The notes under the pieces: generated by a model
What the model was told of the DNA's origin: nothing
What the model saw: only the letters and a program-made list of their open reading frames with translations
Database searches by the model: none
Position numbers and translations under genes: made by a program
Origin: an uncultured Weeksellaceae bacterium
GTDB lineage: Bacteria; Bacteroidota; Bacteroidia; Flavobacteriales_D; UBA2798
Assembly: GCA_964460845.1 (NCBI GenBank)
Contig: CAYWRZ010000005.1
Span: 95,644-159,643, forward strand
DNA length: 64,000 bases
Reading direction: 5' to 3'
Shown: one piece after another, positions 19,585 to 29,325 of the stretch
How positions within the stretch are numbered: the first letter of the stretch is position 1
How the letters are laid out: each line of letters opens with the position of its first letter

Positions 19585-19995
19585 ATGACCACCATAGAAA
19601 GCAATACCGTTACGGTAAATCGCAGTGCGAAAGAAGTGTTTGAGTTCCTGCGCGACATGAACAATTTCAAGCAATTGCTACCGCAGGATAAAATTTCGGA
19701 ATGGGACTCTACAGTTACCCAGTGTAGCTTTAGGGTACAAGGCGCCATTACCATCCCTCTGGTCCAAACGGGGTTGGAAGAGTTTTCTAAAATAGCCATT
19801 CGTTCGGGCGAAAAAGCGCCTTTTCCTTTTACGCTCGATATTCATATCCTTGAAAAAGGAGCGCAGGAATGTGAAGGAAAGCTGGTCTTTAACGGCGAAA
19901 TGAACACGTTTGTGCGCATGATGGCCGAGCGTCCTTTGACCAATCTTTTCAATTATATCGCTGCAAAGCTGGTCGAGATCAAAGCTGCCAACTGA
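19585..19995 (+). CDS. SRPBCC-superfamily (polyketide cyclase/START-like) protein
   Basis: 136 aa. The N-terminal pattern VTVNRSAKEVFEFLRDMNNFKQLLP is typical of small SRPBCC proteins. Confidence 0.5.
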   Translation: MTTIESNTVTVNRSAKEVFEFLRDMNNFKQLLPQDKISEWDSTVTQCSFRVQGAITIPLVQTGLEEFSKIAIRSGEKAPFPFTLDIHILEKGAQECEGKLVFNGEMNTFVRMMAERPLTNLFNYIAAKLVEIKAAN

Positions 19996-20728
19996 TTTCC
20001 CGGATAGCGCAGCTTATTTCCTGCCCTTCCCGCGTTCGCAACAGCAGTCGTCCTTCGGGCGATACCCCTGTAATCACCGCATATAAGGGCTTATCCTGAT
20101 AGATGTACGCAGCCTCTACACCGTAATTCAACAGGCGATCGAGGTATTCCTGCCTTATAGAATCCTTCTGTCCGGCGCGGAGCAAGAGGTAATATTTCTC
20201 AAAATTCCTGCAAAAAATACGCAGTACCGCTTCGTTCTCAAAAGTACGGCCTGTCAATGATTGTAAAGAAGCCGCTTTTATCCCTTCGGGAAAATCGAGC
20301 TGATTTACATTGATTCCCACTCCGATAATACTGTGACTGAGCCGGTTTCCCTGCACACCGTTTTCAATAAGAATGCCTGCCAGCTTACATCTGCCGCTAT
20401 ATACATCATTGGGCCATTTGACCAGCGCTTTCAGTCCGGCGTCTTCGAGTGTATGCGCTACTGCCAGTGCGGTAATGCTACTGAGCATAAATTGCTCCGA
20501 AACGGACAAAAAGCGCGGGAACACCACCAGGGAAAAGGTAAGATTCTGTCCTGCCGCAGTATGCCATTGTGCGCCCCGTTGCCCACGACCGGCTGTCTGT
20601 TCGTATGCCAATATTACAGTACCTTCCGGCACATTTGTCGCAGCCAACAGGCTGGCAGCATAATTGTTGGTAGAATCCACACTGGAAAGACGAATCAAAT
20701 GCTGACCGGTAAATAAAGTTTCCATCAC
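19979..20728 (-). CDS. birA: biotin--[acetyl-CoA-carboxylase] ligase (group I, no HTH)
   Basis: GRGQRGAQW (GRGRxGRxW-type) motif and KWPNDV motif. Confidence 0.85.
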   Translation of the reverse strand: MMETLFTGQHLIRLSSVDSTNNYAASLLAATNVPEGTVILAYEQTAGRGQRGAQWHTAAGQNLTFSLVVFPRFLSVSEQFMLSSITALAVAHTLEDAGLKALVKWPNDVYSGRCKLAGILIENGVQGNRLSHSIIGVGINVNQLDFPEGIKAASLQSLTGRTFENEAVLRIFCRNFEKYYLLLRAGQKDSIRQEYLDRLLNYGVEAAYIYQDKPLYAVITGVSPEGRLLLRTREGQEISCAIREISWQL

Positions 20729-20813
20729 AGTGTGGGTTTAATGCCCTGCAAACATTGCAAAATAAGCTGGAATACCTAACTTTACCTACTATTTTGTTAC
20801 CTTGAAAACTAAT

Positions 20814-21188
20814 ATGGCGAAAAAAAAGCAGAATCAGACCGATACACTTGTCAAACAGATTGTAGAAGGTATCCGTGAAAAAAAAGGAAAAGACATCGTG
20901 TGCTTGGATATGCGGGAGCTTAAAAATGCCGTGAGCGACTTTTTCATTGTCTGTCATGGCGACAGTGACCGGCAGACCAAAGCCATTGCCGATTCGATAG
21001 AAGAGTTTGCGCTGAAGCAGGCCGGAGAAAAACCCTGGCACGTAGAAGGCACGCAAACCGGTTCATGGATTCTGCTCGACTATGTCAACGTAGTCGCCCA
21101 TGTGTTCACCGGAGAAGCCCGTGAGTTTTATCACCTCGAAAAGCTTTGGGCCGATGCCGTGCGAACCGAATATGAAACTATCTATTAA
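20814..21188 (+). CDS. rsfS: ribosome silencing factor
   Basis: ~125 aa. DYFIVCHGDSDRQTKAIADSI and WILLDYVNVVAHVF are typical RsfS/iojap motifs. Confidence 0.9.
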   Translation: MAKKKQNQTDTLVKQIVEGIREKKGKDIVCLDMRELKNAVSDFFIVCHGDSDRQTKAIADSIEEFALKQAGEKPWHVEGTQTGSWILLDYVNVVAHVFTGEAREFYHLEKLWADAVRTEYETIY

Positions 21189-21202
21189 TAACACTTGCCC
21201 AC

Positions 21203-23248
21203 ATGGCTGAGAACACTCCGAACCCTAAGAATAACAAGAAAAGCAATAAGCCCCAGTTTAATTTTTACTGGATCTATGCCATCATCGGAATCCTGCTGAT
21301 CTCGCTCAACCTGTTTTCCTGGAACAACAGTACACAAAATGCCAGCATCGAGGAATTTAAAAAGATGGTGCGCAAAGGCGACGTGGAAAAGCTGGTGATT
21401 GTAAACAAGGAACTCGGCGAGGTCTATATCAAGCACGACAGCCTGACGAATTCCCTACACGAAAAGCATTTCAAAGGCAAAAAGCCGGCAGGGCCGCATT
21501 ACGTATTTAACACCGGTCCCGAAGAAGAATTCGGCAAAGACCTGCGCGTACTCCAGGAAGAAGCGCGTAGGCTCGACATCGAAAATCCCGGTAAAGAATA
21601 CCTGTTCACCTACAATTACGAAAAACGCGAATATTGGGGTCGTGAAGTGCTGAGCTGGGTGCTGCCCATCGTGATCATGGTGGCGCTTTGGATCTTTATC
21701 ATGCGCCGTATCAGCGGCGGACCGGCCGGAGGCGGACAAATCTTCAACATCGGGAAATCGCGTGCGCAACTGTTCGACAAGGAAAAAAGCACCAACATTA
21801 CGTTCAACGATGTAGCCGGGCTCGAAGGTGCCAAAGAAGAAATTCAGGAGATTGTAGAATTCCTTAAAAGTCCGAAAAAATACACCGAGCTTGGTGCCAA
21901 AATCCCGAAAGGTGCGCTGCTGGTAGGCCCTCCGGGAACCGGAAAAACTCTTTTGGCCAAAGCCGTAGCCGGCGAAGCACAGGTGCCGTTCTTCTCGCTG
22001 TCGGGGTCCGACTTTGTAGAAATGTTTGTCGGTGTAGGTGCGTCGAGAGTGCGCGATCTTTTCCGTCAGGCCAAAGAAAAAGCACCCTGTATTATTTTTA
22101 TCGACGAGATAGACGCTATCGGTCGTGCAAGGGGTAAAAGCCCTAATATGGGAGCCAACGACGAGCGCGAAAATACGCTTAACCAACTGCTCACCGAAAT
22201 GGACGGTTTCGGAACCAACAGCGGAGTCATTATTTTGGCTGCCACCAACCGTGCCGATATTCTCGACCGCGCGTTAATGCGCCCCGGACGATTCGACCGC
22301 CTTATCTATGTCGATCTTCCCGACCTGAACGAACGGAAAAAAATCTTCGCCGTACACCTGCGCCCCATCCGCGTAGCCGATGGACTGGACATCGATTTCC
22401 TCGCCCGGCAAACTCCCGGATTTTCAGGTGCCGATATCGCCAATATCTGTAACGAAGCCGCGCTGATTGCCGCGCGTAAAAAGAAAAAACACGTCGAGAA
22501 ACAGGATTTCCTCGATGCAGTCGATCGCGTAATTGGCGGTTTGGAAAAGAAAAACAAAATCGTTTCGACCGAAGAGAAAAAGGTAATCGCCTACCACGAA
22601 GCGGGGCACGCCACTATCAGTTGGTTGCTGGAACACGCTTCTCCGCTGATAAAAGTGACCATCGTTCCGCGCGGCCAGTCGCTGGGCGCAGCCTGGTACC
22701 TGCCCGAAGAAAGACAGATTACCCGTACCGAACAGATGCTCGATGAGATGTGCGCCATATTAGGCGGACGCGCTTCCGAAAAAGTGATTTTTGATAAAAT
22801 TTCGACCGGAGCACTGAGTGACCTGGAACGAGTCACCAAGATGGCTTATGCCATGGTCACTATTTACGGTCTTAACGATAAAATCGGGAACATCAGCTAT
22901 TACGACCCGCAGGGTGCCGAATTTGCATTTAGCAAACCCTACAGCGAAAGACGTGCCGAGCAAATCGACGAAGAGGTGAGCAAAATTGTGGAATCACAGT
23001 TTCACAGAGCCGTACAACTGCTTACCGAAAACAAGGAAAGGCTGTCTAAGCTGGCGCAACTGCTGCTCGACAAGGAAGTAATTTTCAAAGAAGATTTGGA
23101 AACCATTTTCGGGAAACGCCCTTACGACAAAGAAGAGCTTCCTGCCAGTCCCGATCATACCCGTCTTTCGGACAACACCATTGAGTGGGACACCAACAAC
23201 TCTGCCACGGGTTCAGACCCGCAGGGCGAAGAGCCGAAAATACTTTAA
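21203..23248 (+). CDS. ftsH: ATP-dependent zinc metalloprotease FtsH
   Basis: Two TM segments, AAA+ Walker A GPPGTGKT, Walker [12 protein letters not shown], protease motif HEAGHA. Confidence 0.97.
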   Translation: MAENTPNPKNNKKSNKPQFNFYWIYAIIGILLISLNLFSWNNSTQNASIEEFKKMVRKGDVEKLVIVNKELGEVYIKHDSLTNSLHEKHFKGKKPAGPHYVFNTGPEEEFGKDLRVLQEEARRLDIENPGKEYLFTYNYEKREYWGREVLSWVLPIVIMVALWIFIMRRISGGPAGGGQIFNIGKSRAQLFDKEKSTNITFNDVAGLEGAKEEIQEIVEFLKSPKKYTELGAKIPKGALLVGPPGTGKTLLAKAVAGEAQVPFFSLSGSDFVEMFVGVGASRVRDLFRQAKEKAPCIIFIDEIDAIGRARGKSPNMGANDERENTLNQLLTEMDGFGTNSGVIILAATNRADILDRALMRPGRFDRLIYVDLPDLNERKKIFAVHLRPIRVADGLDIDFLARQTPGFSGADIANICNEAALIAARKKKKHVEKQDFLDAVDRVIGGLEKKNKIVSTEEKKVIAYHEAGHATISWLLEHASPLIKVTIVPRGQSLGAAWYLPEERQITRTEQMLDEMCAILGGRASEKVIFDKISTGALSDLERVTKMAYAMVTIYGLNDKIGNISYYDPQGAEFAFSKPYSERRAEQIDEEVSKIVESQFHRAVQLLTENKERLSKLAQLLLDKEVIFKEDLETIFGKRPYDKEELPASPDHTRLSDNTIEWDTNNSATGSDPQGEEPKIL

Positions 23249-23288
23249 TTTTCCAGGGGCTTGGCGCGCCTGACAATCGTTTGTAAAG

Positions 23289-24104
23289 GTGAAAAGTAAC
23301 CTGCTTATACGTACGCTTACCGGTATCGTATTTGTGTTGCTTTTGGTAGGCAGCATCACTACTTCGGCATACAGCGTAGCGACTCTCTTTGCTGCAGTTA
23401 CCATACTGGGCGCGGTCGAATTTGCGCAGCTTCGGCGCAATATTGCCGGTTCGGTCACCGCCTTTTCGATGGTGCTTACCGCCTGTCTCGTGTACCTGCT
23501 CTTCACACTGCTCATGTTAGACGTGATACCCGGCAAAGCCATCAGCTTGCTGCTGCTGCTTGTCCCGGCGCTGGTTATTGCCGACCTCTTTTCAGGCAAA
23601 CACGAAGTATTTTCCCATACCGTCAACGGACTTTTAACTACAGGCTACATCGCCATCCCTTTCGCCCTGCTCAACGCACTGGTAATTGATACCGGCGAAA
23701 GCTACGAATACTGGCTGCTACTCGGCTTTTTCATCCTGCTTTGGAGCAACGATACCTTCGCTTATATCTGCGGACGACTTTTTGGACGACACAAACTTTG
23801 GGAACGTATCTCTCCCAATAAAACCATTGAAGGATTCATCGGAGGAATTGCTTTTTCGCTGCTGGCCGCCTGGATCATTTCACTTTATGTGCCACTGCTT
23901 AGCACCTTAGAATGGCTGTGCTATGCCCTGCTGATTTCGCTGGCCGGTACGGCGGGCGACCTTTCCGAATCGCTGCTCAAACGCAGAGCCGGGGTCAAAG
24001 ATTCGGGCAATCTATTACCCGGACACGGCGGTGTGCTCGACCGTTTCGACGGAGTACTGCTGGCCGCTCCGGTTTGTGCGGTATTTATCTGGATCACGCA
24101 ATAA
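23289..24104 (+). CDS. cdsA: phosphatidate cytidylyltransferase
   Basis: Multi-TM protein with the C-terminal signature SLLKRRAGVKDSGNLLPGHGGVLDRFD. GTG start. Confidence 0.9.
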   Translation: MKSNLLIRTLTGIVFVLLLVGSITTSAYSVATLFAAVTILGAVEFAQLRRNIAGSVTAFSMVLTACLVYLLFTLLMLDVIPGKAISLLLLLVPALVIADLFSGKHEVFSHTVNGLLTTGYIAIPFALLNALVIDTGESYEYWLLLGFFILLWSNDTFAYICGRLFGRHKLWERISPNKTIEGFIGGIAFSLLAAWIISLYVPLLSTLEWLCYALLISLAGTAGDLSESLLKRRAGVKDSGNLLPGHGGVLDRFDGVLLAAPVCAVFIWITQ

Positions 24105-24568
24105 TGACTACCACAAAAATACTAATGGTGTGCCTCGGTAATATTTGCCGCTCACCTATGGCCGAAGGCATACTCCGGCACAAAACGCAATCGCGTACTC
24201 CTGCATTTGAAATTGACTCGGCAGGTACTTCCCGTTTTCATACGGGCGAAGCGCCCGACAAGCGCGCTATCGAAAAAATGCGGAAATACGGAATTGATAT
24301 TTCAGGCTTACGCGCCCGGCAATTCGTAAAAGAAGATTTCGAGCGCTTTGATCTGATTTTGGCAATGGACGAAAACAATTACGCCGATATTCTCCAATTA
24401 GCGCGCCATCCGGAAGACGCACAAAAAGTAAAACTGATTCTCGATTACGCTTTCCCCGAACAGCGTATGTCGGTTCCCGACCCTTACTACGGTGGTGATT
24501 CGGGCTTTGAAAACGTATATTCCTTACTCGATAAAGCCTGCGATCAGGTAATCCTTTCGCACGCATGA
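24104..24568 (+). CDS. low-molecular-weight protein-tyrosine phosphatase
   Basis: Active-site loop CLGNICRSP near the N-terminus and DPYYG motif. The ATG overlaps the cdsA stop (TAATG). Confidence 0.9.
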   Translation: MTTTKILMVCLGNICRSPMAEGILRHKTQSRTPAFEIDSAGTSRFHTGEAPDKRAIEKMRKYGIDISGLRARQFVKEDFERFDLILAMDENNYADILQLARHPEDAQKVKLILDYAFPEQRMSVPDPYYGGDSGFENVYSLLDKACDQVILSHA

Positions 24569-25278
24569 AAAACGGGACCCTTTACCTGATTCCGAACCTG
24601 CTCGGTGAAGAAGCTCCGCTCGAAACGCTGGGCATACAAACCGAAGCGTTGATAAACCGGCTTGACCATTATTTCGTGGAAAACGAAAAACAAGCCCGTC
24701 GTTTTCTGAAAAAAGCAGGCTTACAAAAACCTTTACCCGAAATTACCCTGTATCCGCTTAACGAGCATAGCGATACCCGTAACCTGAGCAGCTACATACA
24801 GGTTCTGAAACAGGGGCATTCGGCCGGTGTGCTATCGGATGCGGGTTGTCCGGGTATAGCCGACCCTGGAGCCGAACTGGTCAGGGCTGCGCACAAAGCG
24901 GGCATCAGAGTGGTACCGATAGCAGGTCCTTCCTCTATTCTGCTGGCATTGATGGCATCGGGCATCGGCGGACAGCAGTTTACTTTTCACGGTTACCTGC
25001 CCCGCGAACAGGCTTTGCGTATAAAGCGCATCAAAGAAATGGAAAAAGAAGCGACAGGCGGTTATTCGCAATTGTGTATGGACACGCCTTACCGCAATAT
25101 GCACGTGTTTGAAGACATCCTTCAACACGGAGACGATTCCACCCTGCTTTGTATTGCAGCCGAAATTACCTTACCCGGCGAATTTATCCTTACCGATACG
25201 ATAGCCGGATGGAAAAAAAGGAAGAAGCCCGACCTGCACAAAAAACCCTGTATTTTTATAGTGGGGCGCCCGGTTTGA
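24565..25278 (+). CDS. SAM-dependent methyltransferase, tetrapyrrole-methylase (RsmI-like) fold
   Basis: VLSDAGCPGIADPGAELV and GPSSILLALMASG motifs. Confidence 0.7.
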   Translation: MKNGTLYLIPNLLGEEAPLETLGIQTEALINRLDHYFVENEKQARRFLKKAGLQKPLPEITLYPLNEHSDTRNLSSYIQVLKQGHSAGVLSDAGCPGIADPGAELVRAAHKAGIRVVPIAGPSSILLALMASGIGGQQFTFHGYLPREQALRIKRIKEMEKEATGGYSQLCMDTPYRNMHVFEDILQHGDDSTLLCIAAEITLPGEFILTDTIAGWKKRKKPDLHKKPCIFIVGRPV

Positions 25279-26302
25279 CAAAAGCAGGCTCGTCGAGTTG
25301 AGAAAATTTCTTACGTTTTTTTAGAAAAAAATCGAAGGTAATGGAACGCCGGTAGAGGCCCGCGAGATTAGAATTGACGCTTGTATTACGAAGTGTACGA
25401 CGTTGCCTAAGCAAACGCGGCAAAGCGCAGTAAAAAGAAAAATGGGCTTTCAGGATGGCAAAAAAATGGGCGAATTTTCCGGCAAAAAGAAATTTCAGAC
25501 CTGCCACACCATCGAGGCTTAGTCGCCGAAAAAGCTTCAGGAACAACCCTGAGCTATAATAATTCTTATAAATCAGAAAAAGATTATTGCGGAAATTGAG
25601 ATACGTTTTGCGTGGATTTCCATAGGCCAGCGTACCTCCTCCGAGGTGATACACTTTTGAATCGGCGCAATACATCACCTTATAACCCCGATTTTTGAAT
25701 CGCCAGCAGAGATCAATTTCTTCCATGTGTGCAAAAAAACCGGCATCGAAACCTTCTACTTCACGAAAAGCAGACATTCTGACGAGCATACAGGCTCCGG
25801 TCGCCCAAAAAATTTCGCTGTCGGAGGCGTACTGGTTCCGGTCTTCTTCGAGTTCATCAAAAATCCGTCCGCGACAAAAAGGGAACAAATCTTTATCAAG
25901 AAAACCACCGGCGGCACCGGCGTATTCGAACAAATGCGGCTGACTATATGCCCTTATCCGAGGCTGTACGGCGGCTACAGATGCGTCCCTTTCCATAAGC
26001 TGCAACATGGGTTCGAGCCATCCTTCACTTACTTCGACATCCGAATTGAGCAGCACTGCATAGTTGGCCTCAATCTTTGCCAAGCCTTCGTTATAGCCGC
26101 CTGCAAAACCCGAATTGGAGTCGTTTTTCACGATGGTAACGGAAGGAAAATGCGATTGGAGAAAGGCTACGGAATCGTCGGTCGAGGCGTTGTCAATCAC
26201 TACTATCCGGGCATCTTGCGAATGGCGCAGCACCGAGGGAAGAAACGTTTCGAGATGGGATCTGCCGTTCCAGTTAAGTATGGCTACAACTACTTCTCCC
26301 AT
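25256..26302 (-). CDS. family 2 glycosyltransferase
   Basis: VVAILNWNG...VIDNASTDDS...LNSDV (DxD-type) and EEIDLCWR motifs. Confidence 0.85.
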   Translation of the reverse strand: MGEVVVAILNWNGRSHLETFLPSVLRHSQDARIVVIDNASTDDSVAFLQSHFPSVTIVKNDSNSGFAGGYNEGLAKIEANYAVLLNSDVEVSEGWLEPMLQLMERDASVAAVQPRIRAYSQPHLFEYAGAAGGFLDKDLFPFCRGRIFDELEEDRNQYASDSEIFWATGACMLVRMSAFREVEGFDAGFFAHMEEIDLCWRFKNRGYKVMYCADSKVYHLGGGTLAYGNPRKTYLNFRNNLFLIYKNYYSSGLFLKLFRRLSLDGVAGLKFLFAGKFAHFFAILKAHFSFYCALPRLLRQRRTLRNTSVNSNLAGLYRRSITFDFFLKKRKKFSQLDEPAFVKPGAPL

Positions 26303-26307
26303 CAGTA

Positions 26308-27765
26308 TTAACGGGGATTCCGAAAAAATTCTTCGCGTTGGGAACCGTAATGATCAAATTCACCGCGACCGGGCTCATCGACACTTTGGTTGGGATTGTT
26401 ACGGCTATTGAGCACATAAGACCAACGCGGATTCCGGATTTCGCCGGGCATATCCGAGTGCAGCACTATATAATCGTTAGATATCAGATCGGGTAGATAA
26501 AACACAAAACGCTTGTTGTTAAAACGCCCAATTTTGTAGTAATGCCAAATTTGGTAAGGATAAGAGCTGGGTTCGTTCGGACGATCAGTCACACTGTCGG
26601 GCGCACCGTAACGCAGGAAAATAGCTCCACGATCGGTCTCATAGCCTTTGCGCACGCGGGTACTGAACATTTTATTCACATTATCGACTGCGCGTTTGTA
26701 GGTTAGCCAGGCTTCTTCAGGCTTAGCCGGATTACGGCTTTTCCAAAAAGCGAAAAAGAAGCGTTTGCTTTCGAGAATTTCGCCGCTACGCACCAGCTTA
26801 TCAATGAGTGCGATTTCACTTTCACCGGCTATAGGCCGAAGGCAGGCTACGTATTCGACCAAAGTGTCGCGGTTATCGATTTTATCGACGAAGGTGGCGG
26901 TAATATCAAGCTTGAGAAAATCGTCGGGCGAGATGGCTTCGGGCAGGTTGAAACGCTGGAAAGCCTGTGCGGTACGTGCCACTTCTTCATTTTGCGCATT
27001 GCGCAGCTCAAACACAAGATTGTATTTGCCGGAGGGGAGCTTACGAATATCGAAGGAACCGAGCACCGGAATAACCGATTTGGCATTTTGGCGCACAAAA
27101 CGGCTGAAGCCTTCTACCGGCTGCCCCGTTTCGTCCTGTATATACTGGTAGAGCACAAAACGACTTTCTTCGCCCAGCGAGAGTGTATTGTACAGCTCTG
27201 TATAATAGGCGATTTTATCAATGTCTTCGTGGAAAAAATTAGAAACATAAGGCCACATATCGTATCCCGACTTGGTGAGCACGCCGGGTGTTTCGGATTT
27301 ACGGAAGCCTTCGAGCAGTTGTACGTCGGAGAATCCGGGTGTGGAAAGCTGGGGGATAACGTCAAAATCGACCGTTTGCGTGATCGGTTTGGGCGATTCA
27401 GCCAGCAGATCGGTAACCTGTACTTCAAGCTGGTACATTCCGGGTTCGAGCACAAAGCGTTGCTGGTCGGTAAAGTCGTTCAGTGAGGAATCGGGCTGCT
27501 GGGTATTTTGAATAAGATGCTTGCGGAAATCGATGATTTGATCATCTTTTTTGATCAGTTCCAGCACTTCGACGCTGGCGTGAGGCTGCTGCTGCTCGTT
27601 AGCCTTGAGGGTAAGCGAAGCTACGCTAAACTGCAGATAGACTTCGAACACGCCTTTACCTTCGGGCGTATAGAAGCGTTTATAGTCGAGGTACACTTCG
27701 GGCGATTGCGCTTTGGCCGTTGCCATACCGAGACTGCAACACAGGAGGAACACAAAAACTCTCAT
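26308..27765 (-). CDS. GWxTD domain-containing secreted protein
   Basis: Signal peptide. The C-terminal GYETDRGAIFLRYGAPDSV...YQIWHY pattern is characteristic of the GWxTD domain. Confidence 0.8.
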   Translation of the reverse strand: MRVFVFLLCCSLGMATAKAQSPEVYLDYKRFYTPEGKGVFEVYLQFSVASLTLKANEQQQPHASVEVLELIKKDDQIIDFRKHLIQNTQQPDSSLNDFTDQQRFVLEPGMYQLEVQVTDLLAESPKPITQTVDFDVIPQLSTPGFSDVQLLEGFRKSETPGVLTKSGYDMWPYVSNFFHEDIDKIAYYTELYNTLSLGEESRFVLYQYIQDETGQPVEGFSRFVRQNAKSVIPVLGSFDIRKLPSGKYNLVFELRNAQNEEVARTAQAFQRFNLPEAISPDDFLKLDITATFVDKIDNRDTLVEYVACLRPIAGESEIALIDKLVRSGEILESKRFFFAFWKSRNPAKPEEAWLTYKRAVDNVNKMFSTRVRKGYETDRGAIFLRYGAPDSVTDRPNEPSSYPYQIWHYYKIGRFNNKRFVFYLPDLISNDYIVLHSDMPGEIRNPRWSYVLNSRNNPNQSVDEPGRGEFDHYGSQREEFFRNPR

Positions 27766-27895
27766 ACGCTAAAATTCAGTCTGTTGAGGGTGTAAGTCAA
27801 AACGTTATAGCGATCTCTGCACCCTGAATTTATAAAAATAAGGATTTTTTGCGTACAGCCATTGGGAATACCGAATCAATTTCTATTTTTGCGGC

Positions 27896-27980
27896 GGAGG
27901 AATGGCAGAGTGGTCGATCGCGGCGGTCTTGAAAACCGTTAGGTGTAACAGCCTCGGGGGTTCGAATCCCTCTTCCTCCG
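27896..27980 (+). tRNA. tRNA-Ser (anticodon UGA)
   Basis: Hand fold. Acceptor GGAGGAA/TTCCTCC, anticodon stem GCGGT/ACCGT with loop CTTGAAA, long variable arm (AGGTGTAACAGCCT), T-arm GGGGG-TTCGAAT-CCCTC, discriminator G, no encoded CCA. One A-C mismatch in the short D-stem by my fold. Confidence 0.88.
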
Positions 27981-27987
27981 CAACTCA

Positions 27988-28020
27988 GAAAATCCTGACG
28001 CAAAGCGTCGGGATTTTTTG
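27988..28020. terminator. hairpin terminator after tRNA-Ser (bidirectional geometry)
   Basis: AAAATCCTGACGC-AAA-GCGTCGGGATTTTTT. A 10-11 bp stem with an A-run before it and a T-run after it. Confidence 0.6.
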
Positions 28021-28053
28021 TTTTAGACAGGTGCCAAACTTGTTTGTGCGCAT

Positions 28054-28148
28054 GTAGAAAACAAAAAATCCACCTTTGGAAGCGCCAAAGAGGATTTCCT
28101 GAGTTGAAGCCTTCCCCTCAGGGATCAGCCGCCGGAGGCGGGTAATCC
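28054..28148 (-). ncRNA. candidate small RNA, copy A (about 90 nt, own intrinsic terminator)
   Basis: Minus strand reads GGATTACCCGCCTCCGGCGGCTGATCCCTGAGGGGAAGGCTTCAACTCAGGAAATCC, then hairpin TCTTTGG-CGCTT-CCAAAGG, then GGATTTTTTGTTTT. Paralogous to copy B. Confidence 0.4.
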
Positions 28149-28199
28149 ATCCTTTTTCTAACGTTTCTTTTCGAGTGCTCCCAAATTGTGTGTACACCG

Positions 28200-28290
28200 G
28201 CAGAAAAACAAAAAACACGCTGCGCAGCAGCGGGATTTTGAAGATGCAGCCCTCCCCTTTTAGGGATCACCCGCCAAAGGCGCGTAATCC
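28200..28290 (-). ncRNA. candidate small RNA, copy B (about 90 nt, own intrinsic terminator)
   Basis: Minus strand reads GGATTACGCGCCTTTGGCGGGTGATCCCTAAAAGGGGAGGGCTGCATCTTCAAAATCC, then hairpin CGCTGC-TGC-GCAGCG, then TGTTTTTTGTTTTT. Confidence 0.4.
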
Positions 28291-28462
28291 TTGTATATTT
28301 TTTATCTTAATTAAAAACAGGAACCGCTATCCGATATTTACATTATTTTAGTATTTTCACTATACAAACCTGACTGGTATTCAGGGTGTTTTTGTAGTTT
28401 TATTTATATAAGCAGTTGGTGGCAATACTGAGAAAACCCTTCCAAATTTATAAGACTATTAC

Positions 28463-28939
28463 ATGTATAAATTACTGAAAAAACTTCTTCAATTAAAGGT
28501 TGAACGCTTAACAGCACCACCTACTGACACATCTGTTGACCGGTTATTTAGTTGCATTAAGTCCATTGAAGAAGGCTCAAACAAAATTTCAACCTGGTCT
28601 TTAAGCACTATAGGTGGTTCTTTACTGGCAATTTTGAGTAACGAATATTCACATCCATTGACACCGAAATTGAAACTGATTTACTTACTATTTGTTTTAG
28701 GTTGGGGGTTTATTGGCATTTCATTTTATAATGGTAAAAACATCACAAGCCGGTCAATTGCTTCGGAATTAAATAAAAATGATACGGAATTATTGAAAAC
28801 AATTTTTACTGACTGCAACACATTTTATTCAAGACAACTGCGTTTTTTTAATTTAGCACTTTTGATTTTTGGTATTTGGCTATTACTGTTTCTTTTGTGG
28901 TGGGTATTTGGTGATTCAATTATTAATATTTGTAAATAA
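28463..28939 (+). CDS. hypothetical membrane protein (3-4 predicted TM segments)
   Basis: 158-aa ORF in about 30% GC DNA. Hydrophobic segments WSLSTIGGSLLAIL, LIYLLFVLGWGFIGISF, LALLIFGIWLLLFLLWWVF. Confidence 0.55.
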   Translation: MYKLLKKLLQLKVERLTAPPTDTSVDRLFSCIKSIEEGSNKISTWSLSTIGGSLLAILSNEYSHPLTPKLKLIYLLFVLGWGFIGISFYNGKNITSRSIASELNKNDTELLKTIFTDCNTFYSRQLRFFNLALLIFGIWLLLFLLWWVFGDSIINICK

Positions 28940-28950
28940 AATAACTTATT

Positions 28951-29325
28951 ATGAGTGACTGCGACTACAACAAAGACTGTTCAAAAGTGCCTATCAGAGG
29001 AAAATGTGTATCATTCTGTTTAGAGCGTATATTACGAACTGCAACAATAGAAGAAAAGCAATTAATTCTTGGACTTGATAGAACTTTGTCTTTAGCAATC
29101 CATAATGCTTATAATGAACTTAAAGACATAAATTCGTTTGAAGATTTAAGTACACAATTAACACAAGAACAAGGGCAAACCCTGTTGACTAAGTTTAAGC
29201 AAATAAATCAATATCAATTAAATTATTTTAGAAAAAATAGACAAAAAAGAGACTTTATTATCAATAAAATCAAAAACTTAGGATTAGACTCTGATGAGGA
29301 GTCTCTTTTATCAAACAACCATTAG
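28951..29325 (+). CDS. hypothetical small protein with N-terminal Cys cluster
   Basis: Starts 11 nt after the previous stop. C-x5-C-x9-C-x3-C at the N-terminus (CDYNKDCSKVPIRGKCVSFC). No family recognised. Confidence 0.5.
   Translation: MSDCDYNKDCSKVPIRGKCVSFCLERILRTATIEEKQLILGLDRTLSLAIHNAYNELKDINSFEDLSTQLTQEQGQTLLTKFKQINQYQLNYFRKNRQKRDFIINKIKNLGLDSDEESLLSNNH

Noticed and set aside
20478-21056. 192-aa minus-strand ORF spanning the birA 5' end and rsfS
   Set aside because: It overlaps two well-supported genes on both strands and crosses their intergenic promoter region. No motifs.
21455-22186. 243-aa minus-strand ORF inside ftsH, plus other antisense ORFs up to 23626
   Set aside because: They overlap the unambiguous FtsH and CdsA reading frames and have no family features.
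23912-24103. Upstream extension of the LMW-PTP ORF (218-aa version)
   Set aside because: The extension lies inside cdsA in another frame and is R-rich nonsense. The phosphatase P-loop must be near the N-terminus, which fits ATG 24104.
25727-26311. 194-aa plus-strand ORF
   Set aside because: It is antisense to the GT2 glycosyltransferase gene.
27985-28218. 77-aa minus-strand ORF next to the tRNA
   Set aside because: It runs through the tRNA terminator hairpin and sRNA-like copy A. It has no ribosome-binding context or motifs. The conserved hairpin/U-tract architecture explains the region better as RNA elements.
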